The notes below the pieces were generated by a model. That model was given only the letters and a program-made list of their open reading frames with translations. It was not told the DNA's origin and did not search any database. A stretch of 64,000 nucleotides of DNA from Haliotis rubra. Its lineage: Eukaryota. Both the position numbers and the translations under genes were made by a program. Shown piece by piece: positions 12,701-24,518 of the stretch (the first letter of the stretch is position 1; each line of letters opens with the position of its first letter). The DNA is taken from the NCBI RefSeq assembly GCF_003918875.1, contig NW_025767452.1:186001-250000 (forward strand). The letters run 5' to 3'.

Positions 12701-15700
12701 TTATCAACAAGTATGAGGTACATAACTTTGCCTGACCCGAGGCTGTAAGTTGCCTCCAGATACTGAGATAGTGAAAGGCTTTGTATTACCTGGTGTTGTG
12801 ATAGGCACTATTGGTATAGATTATCCACTACTGATATAGATTATCTAGGAGCCTGTTTCATGGCCGAGCTGACCGAATCTGTTTTATAGTTGAACTGATA
12901 AACAATGTTTTATAGCTCATGTTCCATACATCACATGGCTGAACCTACTTCGAGTTTAGCCATATTAACCATGTCTTTTTCAGTGGGGAGGGGGGTTAAA
13001 ATGGTAAACTTCCGCTCTGATCCCTTTGTACAATACAAATAAGCCACTGTATGGAAAGAATTCTAAGGAACCTTCAAAGCAAAGACAGGTCTAGCCCCTA
13101 TGTATCTCCAGGAACTCCTCCAGGGGTACAACCCCGCGAGGTCTCTTTGATCCATGGGACAAGGCATGATGTGTGTTCCACGCGCAAAGACCACCACCTA
13201 CGGAGATCGATCCTACGCCAGAGCAGCTCCATGACTCTGGAATGATCTGCCATTAGAACTGAGACTTGAAAATAACTTGGCCACTGTTAAAACCAATCTC
13301 AAACCAAACCTTTCCTCAAAGACTTATGCCTAGAGCGAGTGGACATTGTTGACACATGTGACATGCATGCTCTCAAAGCGTTTTAGAGTAGTTATACTGA
13401 CTAGATTCTAGAACTATATAATTTCTTAGTTGATGATGATGATGATAAGGAAGAATCCCCACAAGGATTCAACAGAATGACAATACTCACTTCTGATCAC
13501 ACTGTGCTGGCTTCTTGTCCATACTCCCCTTGAGAGACTCAGTCTCCTCTGAAACGTAAATGAACAAAATGTTAATCCTGCTACCGGCCTATATAATTTC
13601 CATTTCTGTAACTAATTCTATGGCTCAAGAAGGAACATGCATTTAGTACAAATGACTCAGAAGAGGTTTTAAAAGCCTTAGATTTATGTTGTATGCAGTT
13701 GTAATGAACACAATAACAAAATACACTGTCATAACACCTGAACCATGAAGAAATGCCCAAAATGAACAAAATAATGATCAGAGCCCAGGGCCTAGATTTT
13801 CAAAGCTCTCTTAGTGCTAAGATGGTCACAAGTGCCATACATTAACATTGACAATCTTTGAGCTATGACAGCTTCGAAAATCCTGGCCCAGGAACACAAA
13901 TCTGAATAATGAATTTATCCTAGTGCATATATATATATATATATAACACAAGTGCTTGAAATGAAGATTTCAAATCAAAGGGTCTTTGTCCTGACCCATA
14001 AAAAGACAAGTAAATCATTTAAGGTGTCCTCGTACTGCAGGAACATGCAAAGACACAAGGCCCTAATATTCCTAACCGAGTAAACAAAAATCATTACTCC
14101 TGTGATCTTGTATGAATCATGGACATGATCATTTACAGGAACATTACTTAATACATAAAGGTAAATTACCTTTCAATTTCTGGAGCTCTTCTTTAATCCC
14201 ATTGGAGTCCTGTTCACATTTAGTCTGGAATCACAATACAAGCATGATTAGCAGGAATGCGACACTACACACATTTAGTCTGGAATCACAATACAAGCAT
14301 GATTAGCAGGAATGCGACACTACACACATTTAGTCTGGAATCACAATACAAGCATGATTAGCAGGAATGCGACACTACACACAGTTAGTCTGGAATCACA
14401 ATACAAGCATGATTAGCAGGAATGCAACACTACACACAGTTAGTCTGGAATCACAATACAAGCATGATTAGCAGGAATGCAACACTACAGCAGTTACACT
14501 ACACACATTTAGTCTGGAATCACAACACAAGCATGATTAGCAGGAACGCGACACTACACACATTTAGTCTGGAATCACAATACAAGCATGATTAGCAGGA
14601 ATGACACTACACACATTTAGTCTGGAATCACAATACAAGCATGATTAGCAGGAATGCGACACTACACACATTTAGTCTGGAATCACAATACAAGCATGAT
14701 TAGCAGGAATGCAACACTACACACAGTTGAGTGATGCTCACAGGTCGTGGTGTTCTCATTAATTGAAATAATCGATGATTGGTCACAGTGACCAAACGAC
14801 CAAGCAATCGAACACATTTTCTCATAATCGAACACAAACAATTTGGGACTACAGTTTTAGTGTTTGAAACACTTGACAATGGAGGTGAGGTGAAATTGGG
14901 TTTAACGTCCTGCTTGAGAATATTTCGCTCATATGACGACGTGCAGGCGTGTGTATGTGTATGTGCGGCTGCTTGTACTAGCCCAGACTGAAGCTGGTTT
15001 TATAGTGCTAGCCCACTGAGATACCATGCCGCAGTGAAGCATGAATACAGTCCAAAACATTGTGCTCCTCATAATAAGAAGTTGACATCTATAAATTCTT
15101 CCCCCTCTTAGTTCAGTGTATAGAGAGTGTTCACAAAGTTGCTACTTCCTCAAAATATCTGACAGACCCTTGACAACATCTCATTCATCAACCAGGATAC
15201 CACAAGTAGAGCAGTCCACCTTGACAGTGATATAGTAATCTCCCAGGTTTGCCCAAGTAGAGATTTTGTATGCTCCCCAACTCTAAAAGAACAGTGAAGG
15301 TTTGAGAAAAGGAAGGTTGCGAGGGCCAACCTTCAAGGAGTGAGGGAGAACTAGGGTCGGTTGTATCATTAAACAAAGCCACAGGGAAAGTCTGAGAGGA
15401 AATGCAAGAGGCAAAAATATCAATATACAAAGCCATCCTTTCAGTCGTTATGCCCAACATGGAATCTTAGGGACCTAGTATTCCATGTTAATAAGGGCAA
15501 CCCTACTTAGCTATTTTACAGTAGTGAGTGAGTTGGGTTTTCGCTGCTTTTAGCAATACATATATTCCAGCAATAACACGGCAGGGGACACCAGAAATGG
15601 GCTTCACACATTGTACCCATGTGGGGAATCAAACCGGGTCTTCGGCGTGATGAGCGAATGCTTTAACCACTAGATTACCCCACAGCCCCTCTATATCACA

Positions 15701-16834
15701 GTATGGGCCCATATGTATGGCATTGATTGCAGTCTTCATATTAGATTATAGATTCTTACACATGTATGTCACAACTTACATGTATAAGATAAAGATGATA
15801 ATCTAAAAGCGATGACTAATATTAGTTTCTTATAACCATAGTGTATTATATCCACATCAACTAAAATATACAGAAAGTAATCATTATAAGAGTGTTTCTT
15901 CTAAACATAGTTCTGTGCAGGGGATGACAGTGGCGTTTATCATGTCATACAATGTCTTCAACTAATTTTGTATTGCAATTCAAATATGGCCAGAATGCAA
16001 ATTACATTTTATCATGAAAACCTTTAACATTGTTGGTAATGGTCAAAAAGATGTATGCATCACGCTTAAAGCTGTTCATAAGAGAAGTAAAGGTGCTATG
16101 CTAAATCTCGCTAATAATTTATACACAATTTCTGGATTTATCATCCAAGAAGGAAATCAAGTGCTTGTCATAATATTTACGATCGTCTTTTCATACACTT
16201 GTGCTTAGCTTCTGAAAATATATGATATGCATACAAAAGAACTTAATTTAAACTGAAAACGTGCGAACGAGTGATCGGAGATTCTGCACCTTAGCAAGGA
16301 AAATCTAGACTTGCTTCATTTAAGGCTTTTAAAATTACAGAAAGGACTGGGTGGAGGGGGAAATATCGTTTCAGGGACTGAGAGAGAGACTAGAATTTCG
16401 CCGTATCTATTTATGTTTTTAAGAAGTTAACCATTATCCACTGAAAAGGATCAACTCACCAGTGATGCTCCTTTGTTGTCAAGTTCAGTGTTCGAATTCT
16501 TCAGTTCGTCTTCTTTTCGACCGAGTTCATTTTTAACTGATTCTACTGCTCTAATTTTTTCTTGCATCTCAGCCACCAAACCTGCGTTTCGCTTCTCGAG
16601 AGCACCAGCTTTGTCATTAGAAGCCTCACTTCGTTTGTCAGCTTCCATTTTTCGCGTTGACAGTATCCTAACTTCATCTTGGAGTGTCACGATTTGTAAG
16701 GCTTGGTCGCTGCTCGTACTTGCAACACTCCAGTAACTGTACCCAAGGATACACATAACTACCAAGAGGCCAATTAGGAGAAAAGGTGGTGTACGACCTT
16801 GGGGTCTCATCGTTCCTCGACCGTTTGCTGTCAT
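3796..16834 (-). CDS. GOLM2: GOLM2/CASC4 (GOLM1 family)-like type II Golgi membrane protein, spliced
   Basis: Exons 16834-16460, 14224-14170, 13548-13491, 6764-6654 and 4885-3796 join at GT-AG sites in phases 0/1/2/2, giving 562 aa. The N-terminus MTANGRGTMRPQGRTPPFLLIGLLVVMCILGYSYWSVAS followed by a coiled coil containing LEKRN matches the GOLM1/GOLM2 signal-anchor pattern. An isoform probably continues through exon 145-123 and out of the window. Confidence 0.8.
4440..4830 (-). repeat. Coding tandem repeats: QNPAG pentapeptides (15 bp) and QQQPQNPAD nonapeptides (27 bp)
   Basis: Read directly in the exon-5 frame: GQNPAGQNPAGQNLAGQNSAGENQPG..., then PQNPADQQQPQNPANQQQ. Confidence 0.85.
5630..5919 (+). 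mobile_element. SINE family C, 5'-truncated
   Basis: Same body and tail as 47345-47692, with TSD caaatatatcac. Another fragment lies at 14881-15047. Confidence 0.8.
7870..8075 (-). mobile_element. tRNA-derived SINE family D (long spacer between A and B boxes)
   Basis: Minus strand reads ggtggctgagtgggttag...gtgggttcaattcccgg. A second copy lies at about 30500-30680. Confidence 0.65.
9032..9194 (+). mobile_element. SINE family A
   Basis: tRNA-like head, shared tail and (tcac)n end. Confidence 0.85.
9737..11508. repeat. 35-bp minisatellite, about 50 copies
   Basis: Unit gggatgcccaccctaccta(c/a)caccacccagcagtt repeated in tandem inside GOLM2-like intron 3. Confidence 0.95.
11827..12290. mobile_element. 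Foldback element with internal inverted repeat of about 135 bp
   Basis: Arms at about 11869-12003 and 12120-12257. A second copy in reverse orientation lies at about 40700-41186. Confidence 0.75.
14215..14728. repeat. 55-bp tandem repeat x9 containing the 3' splice site of GOLM2-like exon 2
   Basis: The motif tagtctggaa occurs at 14221, 14276, 14331, 14386, 14441, 14510, 14565, 14618 and 14673. The lowest copy overlaps the exon start at 14224. Confidence 0.92.
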
Positions 16835-17869
16835 AATCTGTACCAACTAGAATTAAGACGTGTTTCGATCAAAACTGAAACACAAGTCTTGTTGCTGTGA
16901 ACGTGTCAGCGAGAAATAAAACAAGTCTACAGCGCCCTCAGTGGTTCAGTTCGCCAACTCAGGGGAGTTAACTCTGAATCCACCAGTTAATCACAACAAC
17001 GAGTTGACACGTTGGTCACTGGTCATCCTGGTTCCTGGGCCTCTCATTAGTTTGTATAGAGTAATGAGAGGCCCGGGAACCAGGATGGTCACTGTTTACT
17101 AATTTCTTTTCTTATTCAATAAGTATTTTCATCTCTCTCTATAGATATAGAGCCTGGTGTCTCAACCAATAAATCATTTAGGAAATTATATCAAATTAAG
17201 TTGTCGGTAAATAAAGGTCAACTCGTGTCATGTCGGAACAAGCCTACTACAGTAATATTGTTTTGTGTTACGGAAATATACGATTGGTGGCGAAGGATTC
17301 AAAGAAAACTTCAACCAAAAAATCTGAACTGACTCGCATCCAAACTTCTATGCATGATCATATATGTTTGTTCATTTTACGTTATTTGGGCGACAGTCGA
17401 TATTTGATCAACCAATAAACAAATTTTGTGTACAAGGAAAGTCAAATCACATTGCCGAGGAGCAGTTTACGAGTGAGTGAGTTTAGTTTTACGCCACACT
17501 CAGCGATAAACCAGCTGTATGGAAAATATATCCAAGAAAGCCCACGCAACCTAGAAAATGTGGCAAGTCTAGATTTCCACGGAAATGAAGAAACTCACAG
17601 GGCTCCTTTCCATTATATTTTATTTTTTTTACTATGAACTTCTTTTCTGTAAGATATGTTCATTTCAGAGACTATTATAGTTGTAAGTCTACGAGCCTGA
17701 CCACCCGATCCCGTTAGTCGCCACTTACGACAAGCATTGGTTGATGAACACCAATGACGGAGTGAATGTTATGTATCGCCGTATATCGAGCTATACGATG
17801 GGGCCTTGACATGAGTGAGTGAGTTTTAGGTAAACATTAACAGCCTTTCCTGTTGGTGTATAAAAGGAG

Positions 17870-18107
17870 TAGTGAGTTTAGTTCTACGCCGCACTCAGCA
17901 ATATTCCAGCTATATGGCGGCGGTCTGTAAATAATCGAGCCTGGACCAGACAATCCAGTGATCAAAAGCATGAGCATCGATCTGCGCAATTGGGAACCGA
18001 TGACATGTGTCAACCAAGCCAGCGAGCCTGACTACCTGATCCCGATAGTGGCCTCTTACGACAAGCATGGGTTACTGAAGGTTCATTCTAACCCGGATCC
18101 TCACGGG
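17870..18107 (-). mobile_element. Retroposon family B, full length
   Basis: Consensus match with the same 5' start. Confidence 0.85.
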
Positions 18108-18391
18108 TGCCTTAACATGACAAACCAGTGGTTGATATAATGAGCTACTTCGCGAACATCATCGGCGTACGATAATTCATAATCAAGCATGTGACCGAGT
18201 CTGAAGAGCAATTGAGTAAACGTTTTGGACCCTTTATAATTTAACCCACTCCATTATATTATATCCATTGTACACAGTAACTCAATAATTAGCCATAATA
18301 ATATTTCAGACCATACTGCTGTATATCTAAAACTAGGAATAGTTTTACATCATTAGTTCTGTCTTGGGACTAAACAAACATAGTTATTCAC

Positions 18392-18686
18392 TAGAGGTGT
18401 GACGATACAGACATTTCACGATACGATACGTATCGCGATATCTTGGAACGATACGTTTCGATACGATGCGTATCACGATATGCTATCTTTAGTTATTTTC
18501 TCTAAAAAGTTTATTTTGACAACAAGTAATAACAGTGTAAATTTTGACATAACAGTCAATTTCTAGTGACAATTTACAATTTTTAGGTAAACGATACATA
18601 TCACGATACGAAAAAAGGTATCGATATATTTATTGTCAGAAAAGGTATCACGATTATCGATACTGCGATATATCGTCACAGCTCTA
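18392..18686. mobile_element. hAT-type MITE
   Basis: Terminal inverted repeats (TIRs) tagaggtgtgacgata / tatcgtcacagctcta, 8-bp TSD ttattcac/ctattcac, subterminal cgata repeats. Confidence 0.85.
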
Positions 18687-19177
18687 CTATTCACCCTCTT
18701 AGCGCATTGGGTATATATAATGAACTGACTGGGACTGCATCGGTGAATGATCATGACTCATGTTGAAGATAGAGGTGATTAAAATGTATTGGGTGTGTAC
18801 ACTCCATATCTGTTTTGCAGGACCAGGCATTAATGTTTGAAACAGATGATGAAACACGGGCGGATACAGCTTACCACAACTCATTAAGAATAGAAGTATG
18901 GAATCTTCCATACACACATCACCTATCATTACCTAAACAAAGTATTCATTATCCAGTCAACATTTCCTTGTCACCTTTACCCATAATTTAGGTGTAGGGG
19001 GTGTTCAATATATCTAAGAGTAGCATTGTTGTCATAGGTAAATCCCGTATTTCCTGTATTAAACGCCAGTTTATAGACTGGGCCACTCGGCATGTGTCAT
19101 GCGCTATTTCTAATATACTTAGAGGCGTGTCTCGCATAGAAACAGCCTTAGAAAGATATAGGTATATAGACCCTACC

Positions 19178-19222
<45 letters not shown>

Positions 19223-19223
<1 letters not shown>

Positions 19224-19901
19224 TAACATAATCCGTTTAACTGTAATCACTTCTCCCTGAAGATAAAAGTGAAACATGTTGGAGAAGATCCGTGTCGTGT
19301 GATTATTTCAGAAACTTCTTCTTATATATGTACTACTGTACGCTCGGTATTCTCATAACTTTCTTTATATATATCATAGGCGGATCCAGAGGGGGGTGCA
19401 GGGGTGCGCACTCCCCTTTTTGTGCTGAAAGTTTGTTAAATGACCATTGAAACTCGGGTGAAAACGAAGTGTGCACCCCTCCTTTTCTCAATAGTGTGCA
19501 CCCCCCCTTTCTCAAAAAGCTGTATCCGCCCCTGTATATATATATATATATACCGAGCGTACAGTAGTACATATATAAGAAGTTTCTGAAATAATCACAC
19601 GACACGGAGTGAGTGAGTGAGTTTAGTTTTACGCCGCACTCAGCAATATTCCAGCTATATGGCGGCGGTCTGTAAATAATCGAGTCTGGACCAGACAATC
19701 CAGTGATCAACAGCATGAGCATCGATCTGCGCAATTGGGAACCGATGACATGTGTCAACCAAGTCAGCGAAACTGACCACCCGATCCCGTTAGTCGCCTC
19801 TTACGACAAGATAGTCGCTTTTCACACGACACGGATCTTCTCCAACATGTTTCACTTTTATCTTCAGGGAGAAGTGATTACAGTTAAACAGATTATGTGA
19901 T
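19223..19901. mobile_element. Element with inverted arms of about 128 bp, carrying a nested MITE and a nested family B copy
   Basis: Left arm 19223-19350. Right arm 19550-19901 is interrupted by family B (19609-19822, TSD cacacgacacgga). An internal ggcggatccag-type MITE spans 19375-19534. (TG)n at 19181-19222. Confidence 0.75.
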
Positions 19902-20034
19902 GGAATATATATATATACATGTATATACTTTGCAGTTTCGTACAACGGCGTCAAGCCGAAGACTCGGGTTCGATTCCCCACATGGGTACATTGTGTGAAT
20001 CCCGTTTCTGCTGCCCTCCGCTGTGATATTGCTG

Positions 20035-20348
20035 AGGGACGTTCATAATTTATGGCTAGGGGTGTGATGATTTGTATGGAGAAGCATATACAATGTGACT
20101 GAACCACCCACCCCCACCCCCACACACACACCTAAAATTCATGTACAAAGTAAGTGACCCCCTCTGCATGTCATGTACAAAACCCTCTCCCCCTTCCCAT
20201 ATTCTGTAAGCATAACTGTTAAATATTTTTATGTACAAAATTGACGACACACACTTCCACACACACAATCCCAGAACAAAATGGGTGACCCTTCTTAAAA
20301 TTATCACCACACAACCCAACCACACCCCATAATTTATGAATGGTCCCT
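20035..20348. mobile_element. MITE inserted into a family A SINE
   Basis: TIRs agggacgttcataa / ttatgaatggtccct split the SINE body (about 19950-20034) from its tail (20349-20380). Confidence 0.7.
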
Positions 20349-21414
20349 AAATGCAGCGTACAACCAAACTCACTCACTCGTAAAAAACGGAGTTGAACTC
20401 GGAGGCCAAGAAACTACAGTCTTAATATCGGAATAACCATCCCTTCTGCCTTGATATAAATTATGTTGTATGTCAATATATTTGTGACTAAAGCTAATGC
20501 ATAACGCACCTAACATGTCAAGCTCCGCTTCCCTGGTAATGGGTCTCCGATATCCTGACCACTGGAGATAAGAGAACACATAGTAAATATCAGTATTTAC
20601 TGTCAGTATGCTTATATTCTGAATGCACAAATATTTAGACAACTTTGAAACATGCAGATGTTAATAGGAAGTATGGATTATAGATCCTTGAATGAATTTA
20701 GTGTGAGCGCAAGACCTTTTAATTCGGGAGACACTGACAACATGTACTCACCTGAGGCTGATAAAGTACTTCCCGAGTTCAGAATGCATTTTTTCAGGGA
20801 ATAGTATACACAGAACGAGGGAATGCTGATTATCTTTCCATCCTGAATGAATGTTGAATATTCATCGAGTTTAATAATGTATTTCCAGGACTGTTAATCC
20901 TTTAGTATACGGGGGTTGATGGGGTAGTCCTAGAGGGTAAAGCATTCGTCCGTCACACCGAAGACGCCGGTTCGTTTCCCTTCATATGTACAGTGTGTGA
21001 AGCCCATTTCTGGTGTCCCATGTAACGATTAAAACTGGCATGAGGTATATATACTGTCACTGACGGGGTCTTAACACAGTTTTAAGCCTGTACAAGTTCC
21101 TGTGGGCATGGGCATAGTCTGCCATACAGACCCAAATACACCCAATGTAGCTGATCTTCACCTACAACAAATGTAGCAAGTTTTGGTTACAGCAACTTAT
21201 GAAAATGAAGAAAGTCTCGGTGCTCCTTTTCATTAAAGTTTATGAAGATAGTGAGTCAGTTTAGTGTCATGCCACATTCAGCTATTATTACCTACTCAAT
21301 ATTCCCACTATATGGCCGCGATCTGTAAACAATCGAGTCTGGACCAGACAATCTAGTGATCAACATCAACCAATCTTCCAGCTAAATCAGGTAGCCGTGA
21401 CACAGTCTGACCAA

Positions 21415-21655
21415 CCCATGAAGATCCGGGTTAGAATTGATCTTCAGCAACCCATGCTTGTCGTAAGAGGCGACCAACTGGATTGGGTGGTCAGACTCGC
21501 TGACTTGGTTGACATGTCATCGTATCCCAAATGCGTAGAACGATGTTCATGATGTTGATCACTGGATTGTCTGGTCCAGACTCTATTATTTATAGACCGG
21601 CGCCATATAGCTGTAATATTGCTGAGTGCGGCGCTAAACAACCAACCAACCAACC
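21415..21655 (+). mobile_element. Retroposon family B, full length
   Basis: Consensus match with a (caac)n tail. A partial opposite-strand copy lies at about 21250-21365. Confidence 0.85.
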
Positions 21656-23092
21656 AGTCTTGACCATCTCATCCATTATAGTCACTGGGGAACAATTCTC
21701 ACATGTACCCACAAGCAGTGTTCATGACGGATGATATACCACAAGCTTAATGGACAAGGAAGCTCCTCTTGACTTTGGTGATAACTGATGGCTCCTGTTA
21801 ATACTAGTATGCAACCTTAAAAAAAAGACCTTCATGTGAGCTAATTTGAATAACTTGAGGTATTAACATATTGAATATTTCAGGTGTATGACATGTTTGG
21901 GTCTGTGTGGTTTTGCATTATTCAGGACTAATGTTGTGTTATAGTCCTAGAACATTCATATATGTCACTGTTTATATATGAATATCTACTCATTACGCAG
22001 TATACAGCGAGTGAGTGAGTGAATATAGTTTGATGCCGCTTTTTGCAATATTCCAGGGACACCAGAAATAGGCTTCACACATTGTACCCATGTGGGAAAT
22101 CGAACCCAGGTCTCCGGGTGGTGAACAAATGCTTTAACCACTAGGCTATCCCCACCGCCCCCACAGTATAGTCAGAGTGGACTGGTACTGTTTTAACCCC
22201 AAGATGCTGAGTGGCCTTTTGTATGTCACTGGTGGGGGATCGAAACATCAACCTTCCTCACTCCATGCAGATATTTTAACCATTAGACTACAATGGTACT
22301 GACTCTCCACAGATTATGATGAGGATGAACCTGGGATAAAACACAGCTGACAATAGGGTGCATCAAGATCATAAGATGCTGGCAAACTTGGGGGAACAAA
22401 CTGTGGTAACTTACAACCTCTGGGCTATTCTAATCTATTTGGGGTGAATATACAGAACATATGTAAGTTGCAGATGATATTTGACACGAGGAACCTTATC
22501 AAAATCTCAAGACCCTGATACAGTGATAGAATAGTAGAATACTAATAATATTGTGTTTAACCTCACACTCAACAATATCCCAGCCATATTTCACTGTAAA
22601 TCAAATTTCGATCAGACAATCAAGTGAATGAGATGAGCATAGTCATCAATCTATGCAACTGGGATACAATGACCTGCGTGAGTCAGTTCAAAGAGTCTGA
22701 CCCTTTGATTGTGTTAGTCAGCTCTTTGACAAGCATTGAATCTGTAAACCTGGTAAAGAACAACACTTGAAACCTGAATTTAATTTTTAATGTTTATTCC
22801 ACATTTCACTTCCAATAAGTTATCACAAGTTATTCAATGCTAATACATGTGTACAACTACTCATGGTGGTTGGTGTACCACACTCTCTGAAACTGCATAC
22901 ACTGGAACTACAAATGGCACTCGTACTATTGACATAGATGCCATGATTACTAAAGTTCATTTCCAAAAGCAAGCTACAATAACCGTTATCAACAGAAAAT
23001 GTGGATCATCCTGGTACCCTTGGTACATCTTTCAATTCAATAAACGTAGTTCCAGTATATTTATGATTTGTTTTAGAGCAGCAACTAAATAA

Positions 23093-24518
23093 TCATCCCA
23101 GTCTTCTTTTTCTAGTTAGCCATGCATTTCCTTCTATTCTGTGACTTCTTGGTCTTTCAAAATTGAAACCTGGAATTTTAATGTCCAGCGAAGGCAACAC
23201 TTTCGTTATCACACCAGTAAGGGCAGTCAGCTTATTTTCTCTAACTGTGTATCGTTGTCCGACTGAGAATACCATTGGCTTTCTAAGTAGCACAGTTGCT
23301 GTAACAGTGTCTCCTCCCATCACCATATCCCTACCTTCAGGGAGCTGCACCATTGCTGAAATGTTCCACATGTTGCAAAATAACATTTGAATGTATTTGT
23401 CTGTCAAAGGTTTTGACCGACCACCTTCAGTTTTTGTTAAGACATAGAGCTGAGTCTCAAAGGTATCTCTCTGTTCAAACAAATCAGGATGACAAAAAAA
23501 CATTCCTCTTTGAACAAATTCTGATTTCACTCCTCTCAGAAGAATGCCAACATTTTCACCTGCAGTACACTGTGGAACTGATTTATTGAAAACCTGAATA
23601 TCAGATGCTGCTGTTTTCAGAGCATTTCCGAATCCAAGAATATCAGCTATCACCTCTTTTAATAACACCCTGTTGCACAGTTCCAATGACAACAGTTCCT
23701 CTGCCACGGACAGAAATTGCCCCTTCTATCGGCATGTAAAACGGACCAGATGTGTCTCGATCAGGGATCTGCACATGCTGATCTATGCCTTTCAACAAGC
23801 TGTGAATTGAGTCCTCACCAATATCTGGATCAGTCCCATGTAAAGCTTTAAGAGCTGATCCGGCAATAACAGGAGTGGTATCTCCATTGTATCCATATTC
23901 AGTCAATAGATCTCGAATTTCTAATTCTACAAGCTCAACAAGTTCTCCATCTACCATGTCTGTTTTATTGATGTATACAACAACATTCTTTATCCCGATC
24001 TGTCGTGCCAGAAGCAAGTGTTCTCTTGTCTGTGGCATAGTGCCATCTGTAGCAGCTACCACTAATATTGCTCCATCCATTTGCGAAGCTCCTGTAATCA
24101 TGTTTTTGACATAATCAAGATGACCTGGACAGTCGGTGTGCGCATAGTGCCTGTTATCAGTTTCGTATTCAACATGAGTAGAATTAATTGTTATTCCACG
24201 CAGCTTTTCTTGGGGCGCTCTGTCAATTTCATCATATTTGATAAATCGGGTTCTGCTCCCCGTTTTACTTGCAAGTACTTTAGTAATTGCCGCTGTCAAA
24301 GTGGTTTTACCGTGATCAACGTGCCCTATCGTCCCAATATTACAGTGAGGCTTATCAACAGCGCTTGTCGGTGGTGTATTTGTGCAAAAAAGCTTTTGGG
24401 CATTCCAAGTGATTTTAACCTGGGTCTCACTCAACAGCATCCTGGTGGTAAGCTGATTAAAACGCCCTGGCACACGCCACAGGTACTGAAACATGTGCGC
24501 GGCCATGTTTATCCTCAT
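23093..24518 (-). CDS. TUFM: Mitochondrial elongation factor Tu, EF-Tu2-like, intronless CDS with one frameshift near 23646
   Basis: ORF 24518-23643 has a transit-like N-terminus plus [23 protein letters not shown] and GSAL. ORF 23707-23093 supplies the rest of domains 2-3 ([30 protein letters not shown]). The SDIQVF-type motif is what I recall for EF-Tu2 paralogs. A second ATG at 24506 has the better Kozak context. Confidence 0.88.

Noticed and set aside
16928-16945. CTCF-like motif ccactgagggcgct upstream of the GOLM2-like gene
   Set aside because: It is one base short of the consensus spacing and cannot be supported from sequence alone.
17958-18140. Recurrent short ORFs MINSMSIDLRNWEPMTCVNQ (also 19703, 29930, 53791, 58125, 62148)
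   Set aside because: They are antisense translations of family B copies, mostly from GTG starts, not a gene family.
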